From the NCBI GenBank assembly GCA_951406725.2, contig OX597826.1:12152001-12216000 (forward strand): 64,000 nt of DNA, read 5' to 3'. Positions 1 to 12,475 of the stretch are shown here, piece after piece (position 1 is the first letter of the stretch; each line of letters begins with the position of its first letter). The stretch is from Octopus vulgaris. Its lineage: Eukaryota. Below the pieces are notes generated by a model that did not search any database, had not been told where the DNA came from, and saw nothing but the letters and a program-made list of their open reading frames with translations. The translations under genes and the position numbers were made by a program.

Positions 1-289
1 GAAAACCTCCCCAAAAGACCACTCATTCACTTGTGAGCATTCAAATCTTTGAAAATCCAGGAGAAGGCTTTGTAAATAGCTTTCGGTCATTTAGGCTGTG
101 TCTCTCTGCGGATCTTTAACTTTAAAGACTGATGTGTGTGTGTGTGTGTGTGTGTGACGAAACTGAGTAAGCTTTTACAATTCAATTGTACTGTGTTTTA
201 TACTAAGAAATGAGATGCATTAAAGGAATTATTATACGAGATATGTATGATAACAACAGTTAAAGATAACTACCACATATACGCGCATT

Positions 290-592
290 GTTGATTGTTC
301 CTTCTCGAACCTCACCTGGCTCATAAGGGCCGGTTTCCCGGTTTCCTTGGCGTATAGGTTCCCCACCTGGACGGGACGCCGGTCTGTCGCACGTGAGCTG
401 TAAGATGTAGGAGGAAAAAGAGAGAAATTTGTGGCGAAAGAGACAGCAGAAGTTCGCCTTTACCTTCTGAGGGAGCCGCGTGGAGTTTAAGTGTTTCGCT
501 CATAAACACACACATCGCCCGGTCTGAGATTCGAACCAGCGATCCCTCGACCGCGAGTCCGCTGCTCTAACCACTAGGCCATGTGCCTCCAC
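290..592 (-). mobile_element. tRNA-derived SINE, family A (OR-like), tail variant 1
   Basis: Minus strand starts GTGGAGGCACATGGCCTAGTGGTTAGAGCAGCGGACTCGCGGTC...GGTTCGAATCTC with Pol III A and B boxes. Head and core are shared with 6044-6580 and 24235-24573. Confidence 0.85.
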
Positions 593-1257
593 TCTACGCG
601 CATAGAAGACGATATTTTCAATATTTCCTTATAAATCTCGAATATCTGTCGTGCATCGTATTGCAGGAATGTTACATTGGTCATTTGCCAATTTTTCCTC
701 GCAGACGAGGGTTGTCTCTATTATACTTCTGTCTCTGTACTGCAAAAGAACAAAAAGGAAGTCAAGCAATCAACATTATGTCGCGAAACCATTATAAAAC
801 CTGGATATAGGTTTATGAAATGCTAAAACCTTGCGTTTTTGATTGTCATTTTATATTTTCAAAATGTTCAAGTCAAAACTGGGATTCTGCCCCCGGTACC
901 AGAGCGTTCTCTATGCCAAGAATTACGATACTTAATTTTAGAAAAAAATTAAAATCTATAAGTGTAGTACGGATTCTATCCTTGAATTAGTTAATCGCAA
1001 TTAACCCGATAGGCAACGGAATATTCCATCTATGCAAACTCACACATATGACTTATGCGTATGAACATACAGTCGTCTGCATACAAATTTGTACATATAA
1101 ATACACAAGCGACGCTTGCTGAAAACACATAAACAGAGACAAACGCAAACTTAAAGAAATATTTACATAAACTGACTTACACAAAACGAGAAACAACCAC
1201 GCGTAAACGCCCACAAAAACTTCAGATGCGATAGTAGTGTATATCTTCTAACATGAA

Positions 1258-1580
1258 CACACACCAAAACACACACACACACGCATACACACACACACAC
1301 TCGCACACACACGAACGCGCGCACACACACACACACTCTCACTCACATGCACACACACACACTAACATACACATACACACATTCATAAACACACTCGCAT
1401 ACTCATACACACACTCAAAACTCACACACACACACACACGCACACACACACACTCAATCGCACACACATGCTCTCTCTCACACACACTCACACGCACACT
1501 CACAAATACACACTCACACACTCATACTTACACACTCACTGACTCACACACGCTCACACACTCACGCACACACACACACG
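1258..1580. repeat. degenerate (CA)n/(CACT)n microsatellite
   Basis: Directly visible; explains the His/Thr and Cys/Val ORFs. Confidence 0.95.
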
Positions 1581-1889
1581 CGAACACAACGCGCCTACAC
1601 GCAACACACTCCTACATTGGTGCGTGAGTACGAATACATTTGCATAAGTTGATTACCGAGGTAGAATGCCATAACATTTAGGGAAGATTGCAAGATTAGT
1701 GTTGTTCAAATCAATCACTTGACTTCACTTTATCATCAGATAAGTATGTTTCGTTGTTTAGGAAGCATAAAGGCAAGAGAGAGACAAAAAAAGATGATGG
1801 AACGTGAAATGTTTCAGAAAGAAAAGGGGGAGAAGAATGGAAGTGGTAAGTTGGATACGACGTAAGAGGAAACAACGACAAGAACAGAA

Positions 1890-1897
1890 ATGATAAC

Positions 1898-1946
<49 letters not shown>

Positions 1947-2220
1947 GTAATAATAGTAATAATAATAATAATAATGATAATCAGGATAATAATAATGATA
2001 ACTAACAATAATGATAATAATGATAATAACGATAATAATAATAATAACAATAATAATAATAATAATACGGACAATAATAGTAGTAGTAGTAGTAATAATC
2101 ATAATAATAGTAGTTGTAGTAGTAGTAATAATAATCATAATAATAGTAGTTGTAGTAGTAGTAGTAATAATAATAATAATAATAATAACCATTATTATTA
2201 TTATTATTATTATTATTATA
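1890..2220. repeat. compound (TAA)n/(TAG)n/(TTA)n microsatellite
   Basis: Directly visible; explains the poly-I/N/Y/L ORFs. Confidence 0.95.
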
Positions 2221-2225
2221 GTGAT

Positions 2226-2405
2226 GCTGGTTTAAAATGTTGCCATAAGACAAGCAGTTTTGGCAAGTCGATTGCAACGAACCCTTCGACTCTGGAAGGA
2301 TGAAAGGCAAAATTGACCTGAGCGACATTTGAACTCAAAACGTAAAGACTTACAAAATGCTGCTATGCATTTAGCTCAACGTGCTAACGATTCTGCCAGC
2401 TCACT
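2226..2405 (-). mobile_element. SINE family B, old degenerate copy
   Basis: Reverse complement of GAGCTGGCAGAATCGTTAGCACG...GTTCAAAT...TTTGCCTTTCATCC. Confidence 0.75.
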
Positions 2406-2417
2406 GACTTAATAATA

Positions 2418-2447
<30 letters not shown>

Positions 2448-2452
<5 letters not shown>

Positions 2453-2700
2453 AAAGGGTTGTAGTAGTACCGATAATTGTCGGATCCTTGGCTAGCATTG
2501 AGTAAAAATCTTGAGAAATACATAGAACAAATAGGGGCTGCAACAATGGTGGTGCACTTACAGAAAATAGCACTGCTTGGAACCAACCGCTCGAATATTC
2601 CGGGTGGTGCTCGAAAAATAAGGGGTATTACCATAATTCACTGGTAGTGAACATTTGGCACCGTAGTACCTGTCGAGTGTTAGAAGCATGGTGAAAAGAC
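2448..2700 (+). mobile_element. R4/Dong-like non-LTR retrotransposon 3' end (fragment 1)
   Basis: Translates with frameshifts to VVVPIIVGSL..KNLEKYIEQIG..LQKIALLGT.ARIFRVVLEK*, the typical RLE-clade C-terminus. Flanked by TGA/TAA repeats. Confidence 0.75.
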
Positions 2701-2740
2701 AATAATGATAATAAAGATAATAATGACGATGATGATAATA

Positions 2741-3016
2741 CAGGAAACCCGAAAATGGCAGAAATTCAAAAGATAGTTCTCATGGGAACTGCTCGTATCC
2801 TACGCAAAATACTTTCTATGTAATCTCAAGTTTTAAAACAAACATAAATTTCTTATGGTTTCTTAAAGATTCTCTAGAACAACACTATGCACAAAACAAA
2901 TGTATGGCACCCTAGGCATAACACCAGCATGAACTTCCAACTTGTTGTCTCTTGAAGTCTCTGGGTGAGACTTGGAGCCAACTTGTACAAATGTAAAGCA
3001 AAAGTCAAACATAAAA
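2741..3016 (+). mobile_element. R4/Dong-like 3' end (fragment 2) with 3'UTR
   Basis: GNPKMAEIQKIVLMGTARILRKILSM* (stop 2821-2823), followed by a UTR and (TAA)n at 3017-3081. Confidence 0.75.
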
Positions 3017-3027
3017 TGATAATAATA

Positions 3028-3082
<55 letters not shown>

Positions 3083-3427
3083 GCTTCTCATCTTACATGA
3101 TTGGAAACGTTATCATGTACATTATTTTGTTTTGGTATAAATGTTGGGTTACAGTAAATATTCTGCTCAATTGCACAGATTTGCTTGCCAGTTTGACCTT
3201 AACCAATTCAGCATGTCCCTTAGTGGCTGACAATATCTACATTTCTGATCACGAGCAGAAGTAGTGGGAGAGTATCATACCTAATGTTGAGAGGAATTCT
3301 TTGGTGGTTTGGATAATTCAGCTTTGGAAATATAGGCATTTTGTTCATCATCCTAAAACAACTCTTATTCAGGGACCTTTTGAGCGTGATGGGCTACTCT
3401 ACTTGAAGAACATTCTAACAGAGTCCC

Positions 3428-4589
3428 ACTTGGCATTATCGTTACTTACAACGATAGTACTTGGGCACTATCGTTACTTACATATTCAGCAGCTTTTGTA
3501 GATTGGACCAAATCTGAATTAGCAAAGCTAGACAGAAGAACTAGGAAGGAATTCAATGTGAATGGAGGGTTCCTCCCAACATCAGCAGTAACAAGATTAT
3601 ACTTACCTAGAAAGGAAGGTGAAAGAGCTTTAATATCAGTAAAAGACTGCGTGAAGTTAGACTCCTATGCAGGTAATAATGAAGAAAGCATATTTAGAGC
3701 TGTTAGAGTCACAGCAGGAAATATGAAAACGAAAAGACAAATAAAGTTGAAAAGCAGAGAAGAGAACAAAAGTTATCCGCTTGGCAAGAGAAAACTTTCC
3801 ATGATAGATTCCCAAAGATAGGTTCAAGAAATAGCAAAGAGACATTGTTATGGTTGCAGAAAGAACGGTTGAAAAGGGAAACGAAATGCTTGTTAGTAGC
3901 AGCATTAGATCAAGCATTAAGGACTAATTCAATAAAAATCAAGAGAGACAAAAACCAAGTAGATTCCCAATGTAGGATATGTAAATTAAAAGAGGAAAGT
4001 GTTACTCATTTAGTATGTGAATGCAATATGCTGATACAGAAAGAATACAAGAAAAGACATGACAACCCAGGGGGTTATGTAAAAAGCTAGGATTTAAACA
4101 TAGTGATAAATGATATGAACATGAAGCTAGTAAAGTACTGGAAAGTAAGGTATTTAAATATTTGTGGGACTTTAACATACAGACGGATAGAGTAATATAA
4201 GCTAGAAGGCCTGATTTAGTAGTAGTGGATAAAGGGAATAGAAAGCGCCATTTAATAGACATTACAGTCCCAAATAATGAGAAATTCAATATGAGAAGCA
4301 TAGAGAAAATAGCCAAATACCAGGACTTAGCCATTGAGTTACAGGGACTATGAGAAGTGCGGGTAAAATATACCCCTGTATTTAAGGTGCATTAGGAAAT
4401 ATCCCTAAACATTTGAATAAATGGATAGAGGAAATAGGCATAAAACCCAGCTCTAGAAAACAGTGTCGTTAGGGACAGCTAGGGTAATTAGGAGGGTTCT
4501 TGCCATTTCTGGTTACTAGTTGTAGCCCGATGTTAGGAATTTTTCTATTCCTAACATCGGGCTACAACTAATCTGTGGAGCATATAAGA

Positions 4590-4590
<1 letters not shown>
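3428..4590 (+). pseudogene. 5'-truncated R4/Dong-clade retrotransposon (post-RT region, CCHC knuckle, restriction-like endonuclease)
   Basis: TWALSLLTYSAAFVDWTKSELAKLDRRTRK, RLYLPRKEG, DQALRTN, CRICKLKEESVTHLVCEC, KRHD, LWDFNIQTD, RPDLVVVDK..LIDI, EKIAKYQDLAIEL, LGTARVIRRVL. Contains stops and frameshifts and ends in (TAA)n at 4590-4660. Confidence 0.9.
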
Positions 4591-4659
<69 letters not shown>

Positions 4660-6043
4660 TGACTTTGTAAGTGAACAGTGTGGTGTGTTTATTTTAATGG
4701 CCTAACAATATATACAATGCGTTTCTCTGTCCTCGGTGTCAGGAAGACACTCGGAAAGAAATGGAAACAAAATTGAAAGGAGATAATAATGAATATAATG
4801 ATAATAATAATAATAATAATAATAACAACAACAACAACAACAACAACAATAATAATGATAATAATCCTTTCTACTGTAATGGGTGAGATACCGCTGAGTA
4901 TTTCACCCAGCGCACTAAAGATTCTGCCAGCTCACCGTCTTGTGCTAATGATAAGAATAACAATGCTATTATAAATTAATGAGAAATTGATTTCTTTGTA
5001 TACATTAAGCGAAGGAAAGGGATATGCTACCGAAACGAACATTCTACCAGTTATTCCAGTGAACGAGTAAAACTCCGGGTTTTATAACATCAGCCATGCT
5101 AACTATACCACTGCAACATAACTATAAAATTTACTGGATATCTGAAACATTGATTGTATCAAGTGACAGCAGCGAAAGAAGACGAGTCACATGAAATACA
5201 CCCTGGTCGTACAAAGAATAAATGTGCGGCTGTGAAACATAGGTACCGTATCTGAGCAGCGTTATGTGCATTCGAAACCCCTGTATTGCTTCCTGGTTGT
5301 GGTATCCCCTGATCGCAGTTTTGGCTGAGGTTCATCTCTTCTCAGTATTTTCACTCCAAGATATAGAACAAAGTAAACTTGACTCCATTTATTGTAGCGG
5401 TCCTGATCCAACGGTCAATGTCTGCTGTGAAACAATTGCCCCCTTGAGTAGAGATGCAATAACAACGATTTATCAAAGCTAAACTTTTGCTCTGTGACTT
5501 CCTCGCATTTAGGCACGGATTACTTCACATCCTCTCTCTCGCTCTCTCTTTTCCCTATCTCTCTCCACTTTTCGTTCCCTCCATCTCTCTCTCTCTCTCT
5601 CTTTCTCTCTCTGACTTGGTGTGTAGGAAAGCTCCAGAACATTCCTTCTGCTTTTCTCTTTTGCCTTGAAGGAAAACAATCTCCAGGCCAGTTTTCTACT
5701 AATAAAGATTCAAATCGATTTTCTCACCGTATATCCAAATCTGGGTAACATACTTCAGGTGATAAGTAAAAGTATATTTTATAAATGACAAAAGGCATTA
5801 GCGTTAATGATAGTTGTTGTGATGACAATCAAGGGAGCTAACACTGAAATATATTCATTACTAACTGGATATTTATTCAACGTGTAAATTATTTTACACT
5901 TCCTGCCAATTCCGCAATGTTTACAGTCTAAACCGTGGTAGATTGTTTGACTCTCTTGACAACGAGCATTCAGTTGCTCAACCAACTGAAGTTCTACACG
6001 TCGAATTAATGCGTCAGTGACTGAGTGTCACACAGATACAGGT

Positions 6044-6580
6044 GGAGGCGCAATGGCCCAGTGGTTAGGGCAGCGCACTCGCGGTCGTAAGAACGCGGTT
6101 TCGATTCCCAGACAGGGCACTGTGAATGTTTATTGAGTTAAAACACTTAAGCTCAACGAGGCTCCGGCGGGAAGGGGTGAACCCCGCTGTACTCTTTCAC
6201 CACAACTTTCTCTCACTCTTTCTTTCTACTTCTGCCAAAAACCTGAGGAACCATGGTGTAACCCACTATGGTGTGTTAACACTTTCAGACCTTAGTCTAG
6301 ATTGCGAATCCTCTGTACCCCGGGATGGTTCAGCTCTCCACCCATTAAAAGCCACCGTTCACGGAATGAGGATAACAACGTAGCTTTCGCGCCTGTGCAA
6401 GCGCCAGTCTATCACGTGTGGTGGGTGGATCTTCAAGTTGCCACACGCGTTTTTAGTAGCTTAGAGGAAGCTCGAATTAGAGATTATTCTTTGTGGCTAA
6501 TGGCGTGAAGAAGAAGAAGAAGAAGAAGAAGAAGAAGAAGAAGAAGAAGAAGAAGAAGAAGAAGAAGAAGAAGAAGAAGA
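6044..6580 (+). mobile_element. full-length SINE family A, tail variant 2, with (GAA)n tail and 9-bp TSD
   Basis: tRNA-like head TGGCCCAGTGGTTAGGGCAGCGCACTCGCGGTC...GGTTTCGATTCCC; (GAA)n at 6507-6580; GATACAGGT at both 6035-6043 and 6583-6591. Confidence 0.85.
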
Positions 6581-8225
6581 CTGATACAGGTACAATTCTT
6601 AGGGCGAAATAGCATGTCACAAATGAAGCAAGGTAAAATTTAAAGGGGAAAAGAGGAGACGGACAGAAGGGAAGTGAGAGGCTGGTAAAGAGAAAACGAT
6701 AAGAAAGAAAGAATAGGATAGAGAGAAAAGATACGAGTATGACTCTGCTACTCTAACGATGCCCAAAAGATAAAAGGCAAAGCGGACATTCGTAAACTTT
6801 AAAATGAATGCAGAAAGCCGGATGGAATATTGCTTGACAGTCTCCTCGTGGCGTTAAAGGTTCTATCAATTCGCTGTCTTCTGCAAATTAAATAGAACCA
6901 GATGAATCGACTGGCGAATACTGCTACGAATAAAAGAGATCTTAGAGATGGTAAATCTTAGCAACGGACAACCTCATGTCTAAACATTCCTACACATGCA
7001 TGCAATTATTCCCGCTCGAGATGAAACACTTTCTCTCTGTATATTTTCTCTTAACCTCCATCCTATTTTCTGCGTCTATACATACACCCAAACTCGCACA
7101 CACACCGATACCTTCACACATAATATGTGCGCGTAGTTGTAAAGGTATAAAAGTAAAGATTCATCGAAATTGATAAGGAAAAGGATGAAATAGATTCCGG
7201 TATAGTCTTTACTAATAGCATTATCTAACCGAAATACTGATTTAAAATTATCTTGTAATCTAGAAATATCCTCTTACTTTTAGAAAACTTAAAACCGGTT
7301 ATAAAATCCAAGAAATGATAGCCGTGCTGTAGCTATGAGTGCCTTCAATGAGGTGGATATGTGTGAAAGGATTATTTTAAATTAATGTTTGTTTTTGTTA
7401 TTTATAAAAGGTTTCTGATGCTGGATGCTTGGTTTAATCGCGATGAATTATCTCTCTTGCGAAATAAAAATGAACTTCATTTAGAATTTTTAAAAATATT
7501 ACCGAAAGGATGGTGATCGTTATTTCTCTTCCAAAACAAGTATGAGTTTAAGACACATCGTTAAACAAATATTACTTCATTTATCTGGGAATTTGTTTTA
7601 AAGATTACTATCCAGACTCACCTTCCAAAACTTAATTTCCTCGACATAATTTTACACCGAGAAATGAAGAAGCAGTAACGAAACCAAAATCTGGTGTAAA
7701 AGCAACAACATCAGAAAATGAAACAACATACACAGCAATAACATGAATGGCGAACAATTAATAGTAGCTGCGAGAACAAAAAAGAACAAAAAGAGACTGA
7801 CACAACAGCAGCGATGAAAGATGAAGCAACAATATGCGTAGCTAGGGCTGAAATCATAAGTAATCAGCGAATTGCTTAACTGTGCAGTCCTTAACAAAGA
7901 AAAGATCGTTTGCATTGAGTGAAGATTTTGGAAGAGTTTGATCCAAAGAACTTTGTCGCTTCGTCAAATGTTTCCATGGTATTAAAATAACAACATGGAA
8001 ATGTCTTAAAAAGTGCTTTTAAAGATATTTCCCATACAAAATTCCCGAGAAACAAGAATAGGTTGAGTAATCTTTTCCCTCATTTTTATCTTCTCTTCTG
8101 CAAAAATTGCTTTACTAAAAGTTGCCTGTATAAATATTATGTGTCGTGAGGTTGGTATGAGAGACACTCATTGACTTAGTCATTGTGGTTGGTTGAAGTA
8201 GTTATTAGCTTGTCAGAATTGAATA

Positions 8226-8458
8226 AGGCGTTGAGCTGGCAGAAACGTTAGCACGCCGGGCGAAATGCGTAGCCGTATTTCGTCTGCCGCTACGTTCTGA
8301 TTTCAAATTCCGCCGAGGTCGACTTTGCCTTTCATCCTTTCGGGGCCGATTAAATAAGTACCAGTTACGCACTGGGGTTGATATAATCGATTTAATATGT
8401 TTGTCTGTTCTTGCTTATCACTTCTGTGTTTAGCTCCCTGTGAGCAATAAAGAAATAA
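8226..8458 (+). mobile_element. SINE family B, young subfamily
   Basis: GAGCTGGCAGAAACGTTAGCACGCCGGG...GCCTTTCATCCTTTCGGGG.CGAT.AAATAAGTACCAG...AAAGAAATA. The core resembles the Meta/MESC SINE domain (from memory). TSD AGAATTGAA at 8215-8223 and 8458-8466. Confidence 0.9.
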
Positions 8459-8469
8459 GAATTGAAAAA

Positions 8470-8790
8470 GCTAAATCGCTCAACATACTGCAGCGCGACT
8501 GTGAAATCTCGACCACTTTTAATCGATATAATCCGAATGGCACTGCTGAGCTGTTTCTGAAAGACCTGGATCAAGAGATTAATTCGGTTCACTTGGATGT
8601 TTAAGCCTGATATGAGCAGTTATGAAGGGCGTCAGTGAGATCTCCCAGACGACTGTTTACACCTGGATTGGATCAGTCACGTATCTTTAAACTTCTAGAG
8701 ACATTCTTTAGAACACCTCATTTAATAGTGTTATTGGGTGATTCGAAAGGCATTTTGGACGCATGCAAAGATCGTGTCATAATACCTGCA
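8470..8790 (+). pseudogene. degenerate L1/Tx1-type APE endonuclease fragment
   Basis: One frame with stops gives GTAELFLKDLDQEINSVHLDV and SRIFKLLETFFRTPHLIVLLGDSKGILDACKDRV, resembling the GDxN-xxLD motif region. Confidence 0.4.
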
Positions 8791-9613
8791 TGCGTTACAT
8801 ATGTGTAGCCGATGCAAGGGATTGCTAAATCTTTGCAGTTCTTATTAGACACTCCATATATTTGTAAATTTCCCCCTCATTTTCCGAATAAGCTAATATC
8901 TGCTTGTGAACACAAATCCCTGTAATAGTCTGGATTGAGTTAATACAGATATTAGCGAAAACTCTGTCCCCCACAATTTAACAATGTAAGAAATGAAGCA
9001 CAGAAACAAAATTTTAGAACGTTAGAAAATTAAGTGATGAACTTCATCGGTAAAGAAGGGTTAATACACATTGACAAATGAGATAAGTATGCAAGCAGGT
9101 GAGTAGAGGTGAGTTGTAACAGATGATTCTTTCTTGGAAGAAACGAGAGTTCTCATATTTTCTTCCGTTTCCTCTCGCCTATTTTCTCGTATATCATCTC
9201 TATGCATTTGTCAATACGATAGTACATCTGTCACTTTATCGCAACGTAAAGCTCTCTTACCCGCCTCAACGTCTCTCCCATTTCGTCTACTTTTTTTCCT
9301 GTCTTTCCAATACTCTTGTTCGCTGGAACATATACCTTCACACAATCACTTCTATGCAGCTAATCTTTCTTTCTTGTCACTTCCTCCTAGTTCGAGTCTA
9401 CAGCTCCCATTCTCTTTTCCATCACAAATTCTTCTCTGTCTACCTCGTTTTAATTCATTATGCGCGAGGATTTCGGTTCGAATGTAAATATCAATCATTA
9501 ATGTTATTTGAAGTAAGAAGTGGTTCTTGTAAGTCTATATTACATCAGTTGTCGTCTATACGCCTGCGCAAGTAAGTCTGTGTATGTATATGTTTACATG
9601 TATGCCTGGCTGA

Positions 9614-9661
<48 letters not shown>

Positions 9662-9667
<6 letters not shown>

Positions 9668-10320
9668 ATTTGGAGATGGTCATGTTTCCAGTTTAGCCAA
9701 CGAAAGCAGACGCACTAGATATTTGGTGTTCACTTGCTTCAGCTTTATTTCATATAAATTGTATTTCGGCCAGAGTTCTTTCGTCACACTTCTGTGACCT
9801 CATCAGTGGTCCTTTGGTTTCGTCTTCCTTTTTTCTGTCTCTCCTTCGTAACAATCTGCTATTTTGTATTCCTGTTGTATGTGTCTTTATTTGCGCATGC
9901 ATATATCCCAGTGTGTGTCTATGTTTAGTAAGTGTGTGTGTGTGTGTGGGGGGGATATGTATGGTACCTGCATTATCAGTATCCCCTGTTTATTCACGTT
10001 CCTTTAATTTAATTTAATTTCTTTCATTCATTTGTTTTTATCTACTTACTTTTCATTTCTCTATTTTTTTTTTGTATTAATTTAATTTAATTTATTACAT
10101 TTTGTTTTAAATTAAATTAAATTAATACAAAAAAGATAGAAATGAAAAAGTAAATAGATAAAAGCAAACGATGAAAATAAATACAATTAAATTAAACGAA
10201 TGTGAATAAACATGTGATACTGATAATGCAGGCACCATACATATCCCCCCCCCACACACACTTACTAAACATAGAGACACAAAGGGATATACGCATGCGC
10301 AAATAAAGACACATACAACA
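9662..10320 (-). mobile_element. Penelope-like non-coding element with hammerhead motif and ~220-bp-arm inverted repeat
   Basis: Arms 9873-10094 and 10108-10320 are imperfect reverse complements. Hammerhead-like motif at 9768-9812(-). Abuts (TA)n. Confidence 0.65.
9768..9812 (-). ncRNA. type I hammerhead-like motif, extra G after A9
   Basis: GGACCA-CUGAUGAG-GUCACA GAAG UGUGAC-GAAAG AA CUC/UGGCC. Confidence 0.6.
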
Positions 10321-10454
10321 ATATATGTTTCAAAACACACGAATTCACATCAAGAGTGTTGCGAAACGAATATATAAATGTGTTTGTATATATATATATG
10401 TATGTATGTATGTATGTATATATATATATGTATGTATGTGTGTATATATATATA

Positions 10455-10640
10455 GGGGAAGTTTACGAAATAAACAAAAGACGAAGACAGGTGGTGTACA
10501 AATCAAACAGATGTATTAGTACAACGCTCACGAATAGAAAAAGTCTTTTACGTTTCGAGCCTACGCTCTTCTACAGAAAGGGACACAGAAAACAAGGAGA
10601 GAAAAAAATGTGTCTAGTGGCTAACGATCTATCATGGCAT
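10455..10640 (-). mobile_element. short Penelope-like terminal-repeat element (family P1) in TA tract
   Basis: Homologous to 14071-14232 and, more weakly, 57285-57470. Carries CUUU-CUGUAGAA-GAGC GUAG GCUC-GAAAC GUA/AAAG at 10545-10580. Confidence 0.6.
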
Positions 10641-11247
10641 ATATATACTTTATTTAAAGCATATTACTCTACCACTGGTATTTGTGTACTCTTTTTTCCA
10701 CCTTGTTTTACATTTCTGTGTTTACTCCGGTATATATATATATATATATTTGTATGTATGTATGTGTTATCCTCAATCGATTAAATGTGTGCATTAAGAC
10801 ATGAAAATACGTACTGAGATACATATAACTGCGAAGCGCAAGGATTTGAAGCGGTGAAGAAAGCTGACCATCACTCACAAAAGTGTTTGGTCTTGGTAAC
10901 ACGTATCGTACTTTCGGTAAATGTTTTCGGTGCTTATAAATTGGCGAGTCGATACTCTCTCGCTCCTCCTACATTTTGTCTCAGGGCATATCCAGGATGT
11001 ACTGTCTGGAGTAACAGCAGCACCATGACTTGGTTATTGCTTAGTTTCAGATGTTTAGAGTAGAGTGACATGAAAAGATGTGCTTTGTTCAAATCACAAC
11101 GCGCTACCCGGTCCAAGAATTCAACTCACGTCATCATGATCGTTAGCAAAGAAAATCCAAACTACTTGGCTATGTGTCTTTAATGTGTCTGTATACACTT
11201 ATTCACTCAAAATAAACATACATATATATGCCTATATAAACACTTAC

Positions 11248-11412
11248 ACCTGTGTACGCAGATCGATGAAAATAGGTTTCAAGAACTGGTGGCGGTAGAC
11301 GATGCTAAGTTTATTGAAGCTGAAGTTTGAATGGAATGGGAATAGATTTTTGAATTCTTTTCCGTGAATCAGGCAACGCCTTTCCATACGTCTTCCAAAT
11401 TTCCACCAGTGC
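11248..11412 (-). other. candidate 165-nt internal exon of an unidentified host gene
   Basis: Acceptor ...tttacacgcag and donor gtaagt; length divisible by 3; open in phase 2 (HWWKFGRRMERRCLIHGKEFKNLFPFHSNF...IDLRTQ). Not repeated elsewhere in the window. No homology recognised. Confidence 0.3.
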
Positions 11413-12057
11413 CTGCGTGTAAACATTCACGTACACACACACAAACACACACACACACACTTGCAATAATACACACGCATACATGTGTTGCGGAGCATAC
11501 GTATGTATGAGAATGCGTGTGAAATGAAATTGCCGCGGTACAGGTGTTTTTTAACAACATGCTATAGACAATATCAGTTTCTTATCTATCTATCTCTATA
11601 TAACTTAATATTTCATTTTGGCATTTATTACCTTTTCAGAGCCTATGATAATTATGTAATTTTATTTTAAAATTTGTCACATATCTACATAGTAGTAAGT
11701 AAAAACAAAATATGTAGAAGCAGTAACGATGCTTTTACTAATCAATTTATTTATTAATGAAGAAATATTTTCTAAAGCAAAAATAAATGCAGTAAATTGA
11801 TATAAAATTCGAGACGAAATAAAGCCATGGAGAGGGAGAGAAATGGGGGGGGGTGCAGTGAGGAATAGAGGAAAAGGGAGAGTGAAAGAGAGAGTGATGT
11901 ACAGAAATGAAACAGGTAATGAAATAAGATGAGATAATGGAAAGAGGAATGGAAACGAAAAATAGATTGACGATTATGTAAAGACGATCGAAAGCGCAAG
12001 AAATTATATAAAAAAGAAAAACTAGTACATTTGGATGCGTATTATCCTACATGAAAA

Positions 12058-12475
12058 AGGCGACGAGCTGGCAGAATCGTTAGCACGCCGGGCGAAATGC
12101 TTAGCGGTATTTCGTCTGCAGCTACGTTCTGAGTTCAAATTCCGCCCAGGTCGACTTTGCCTTTCATCCTTTCGGGGGTCGATTAAATAAGTACCAGTTA
12201 CGCACTGGGTTCGATGTCATCGACTGAATCCGTTTGTCTGTCCTTGTTTGTCCCCTCTATGTTTAGCCACTTGTTGACAGTAAAGAAATAAGAATATTTA
12301 GCACGCCGGTCAAAATGCTGAACGTCATTTCGTCCATATTTATGTTTTGAGTTCAAACTCCACCGAGGTCGGGTTTGCCTTTCATCCTTTCGGGGGCGAT
12401 AACATAAGTATCAGTTGAACACTGTTGGGTCGTTGTAATCGACTTACTCATCTCCTATGCCAAAATTTGAAACAC
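12058..12475 (+). mobile_element. SINE family B tandem: young copy (12058-12291) plus headless old copy (12292-12475)
   Basis: The second unit restarts at TTAGCACGCCGG and ends with the old-type tail TGCCAAAATTTGAAAC. Confidence 0.85.

Noticed and set aside
515-592. tRNA gene (also 6044, 24500, 60679)
   Set aside because: A and B boxes are present, but there is no closing acceptor stem and each continues into a SINE body.
5240-5290. GAAAC CCCU GUA half-hammerhead
   Set aside because: No CUGANGA core or stem II at a compatible position.
9123-9575. 150-aa hydrophobic ORF as a membrane protein
   Set aside because: A pyrimidine-rich low-complexity tract produces the F/L/S bias; no family motif or splice support.
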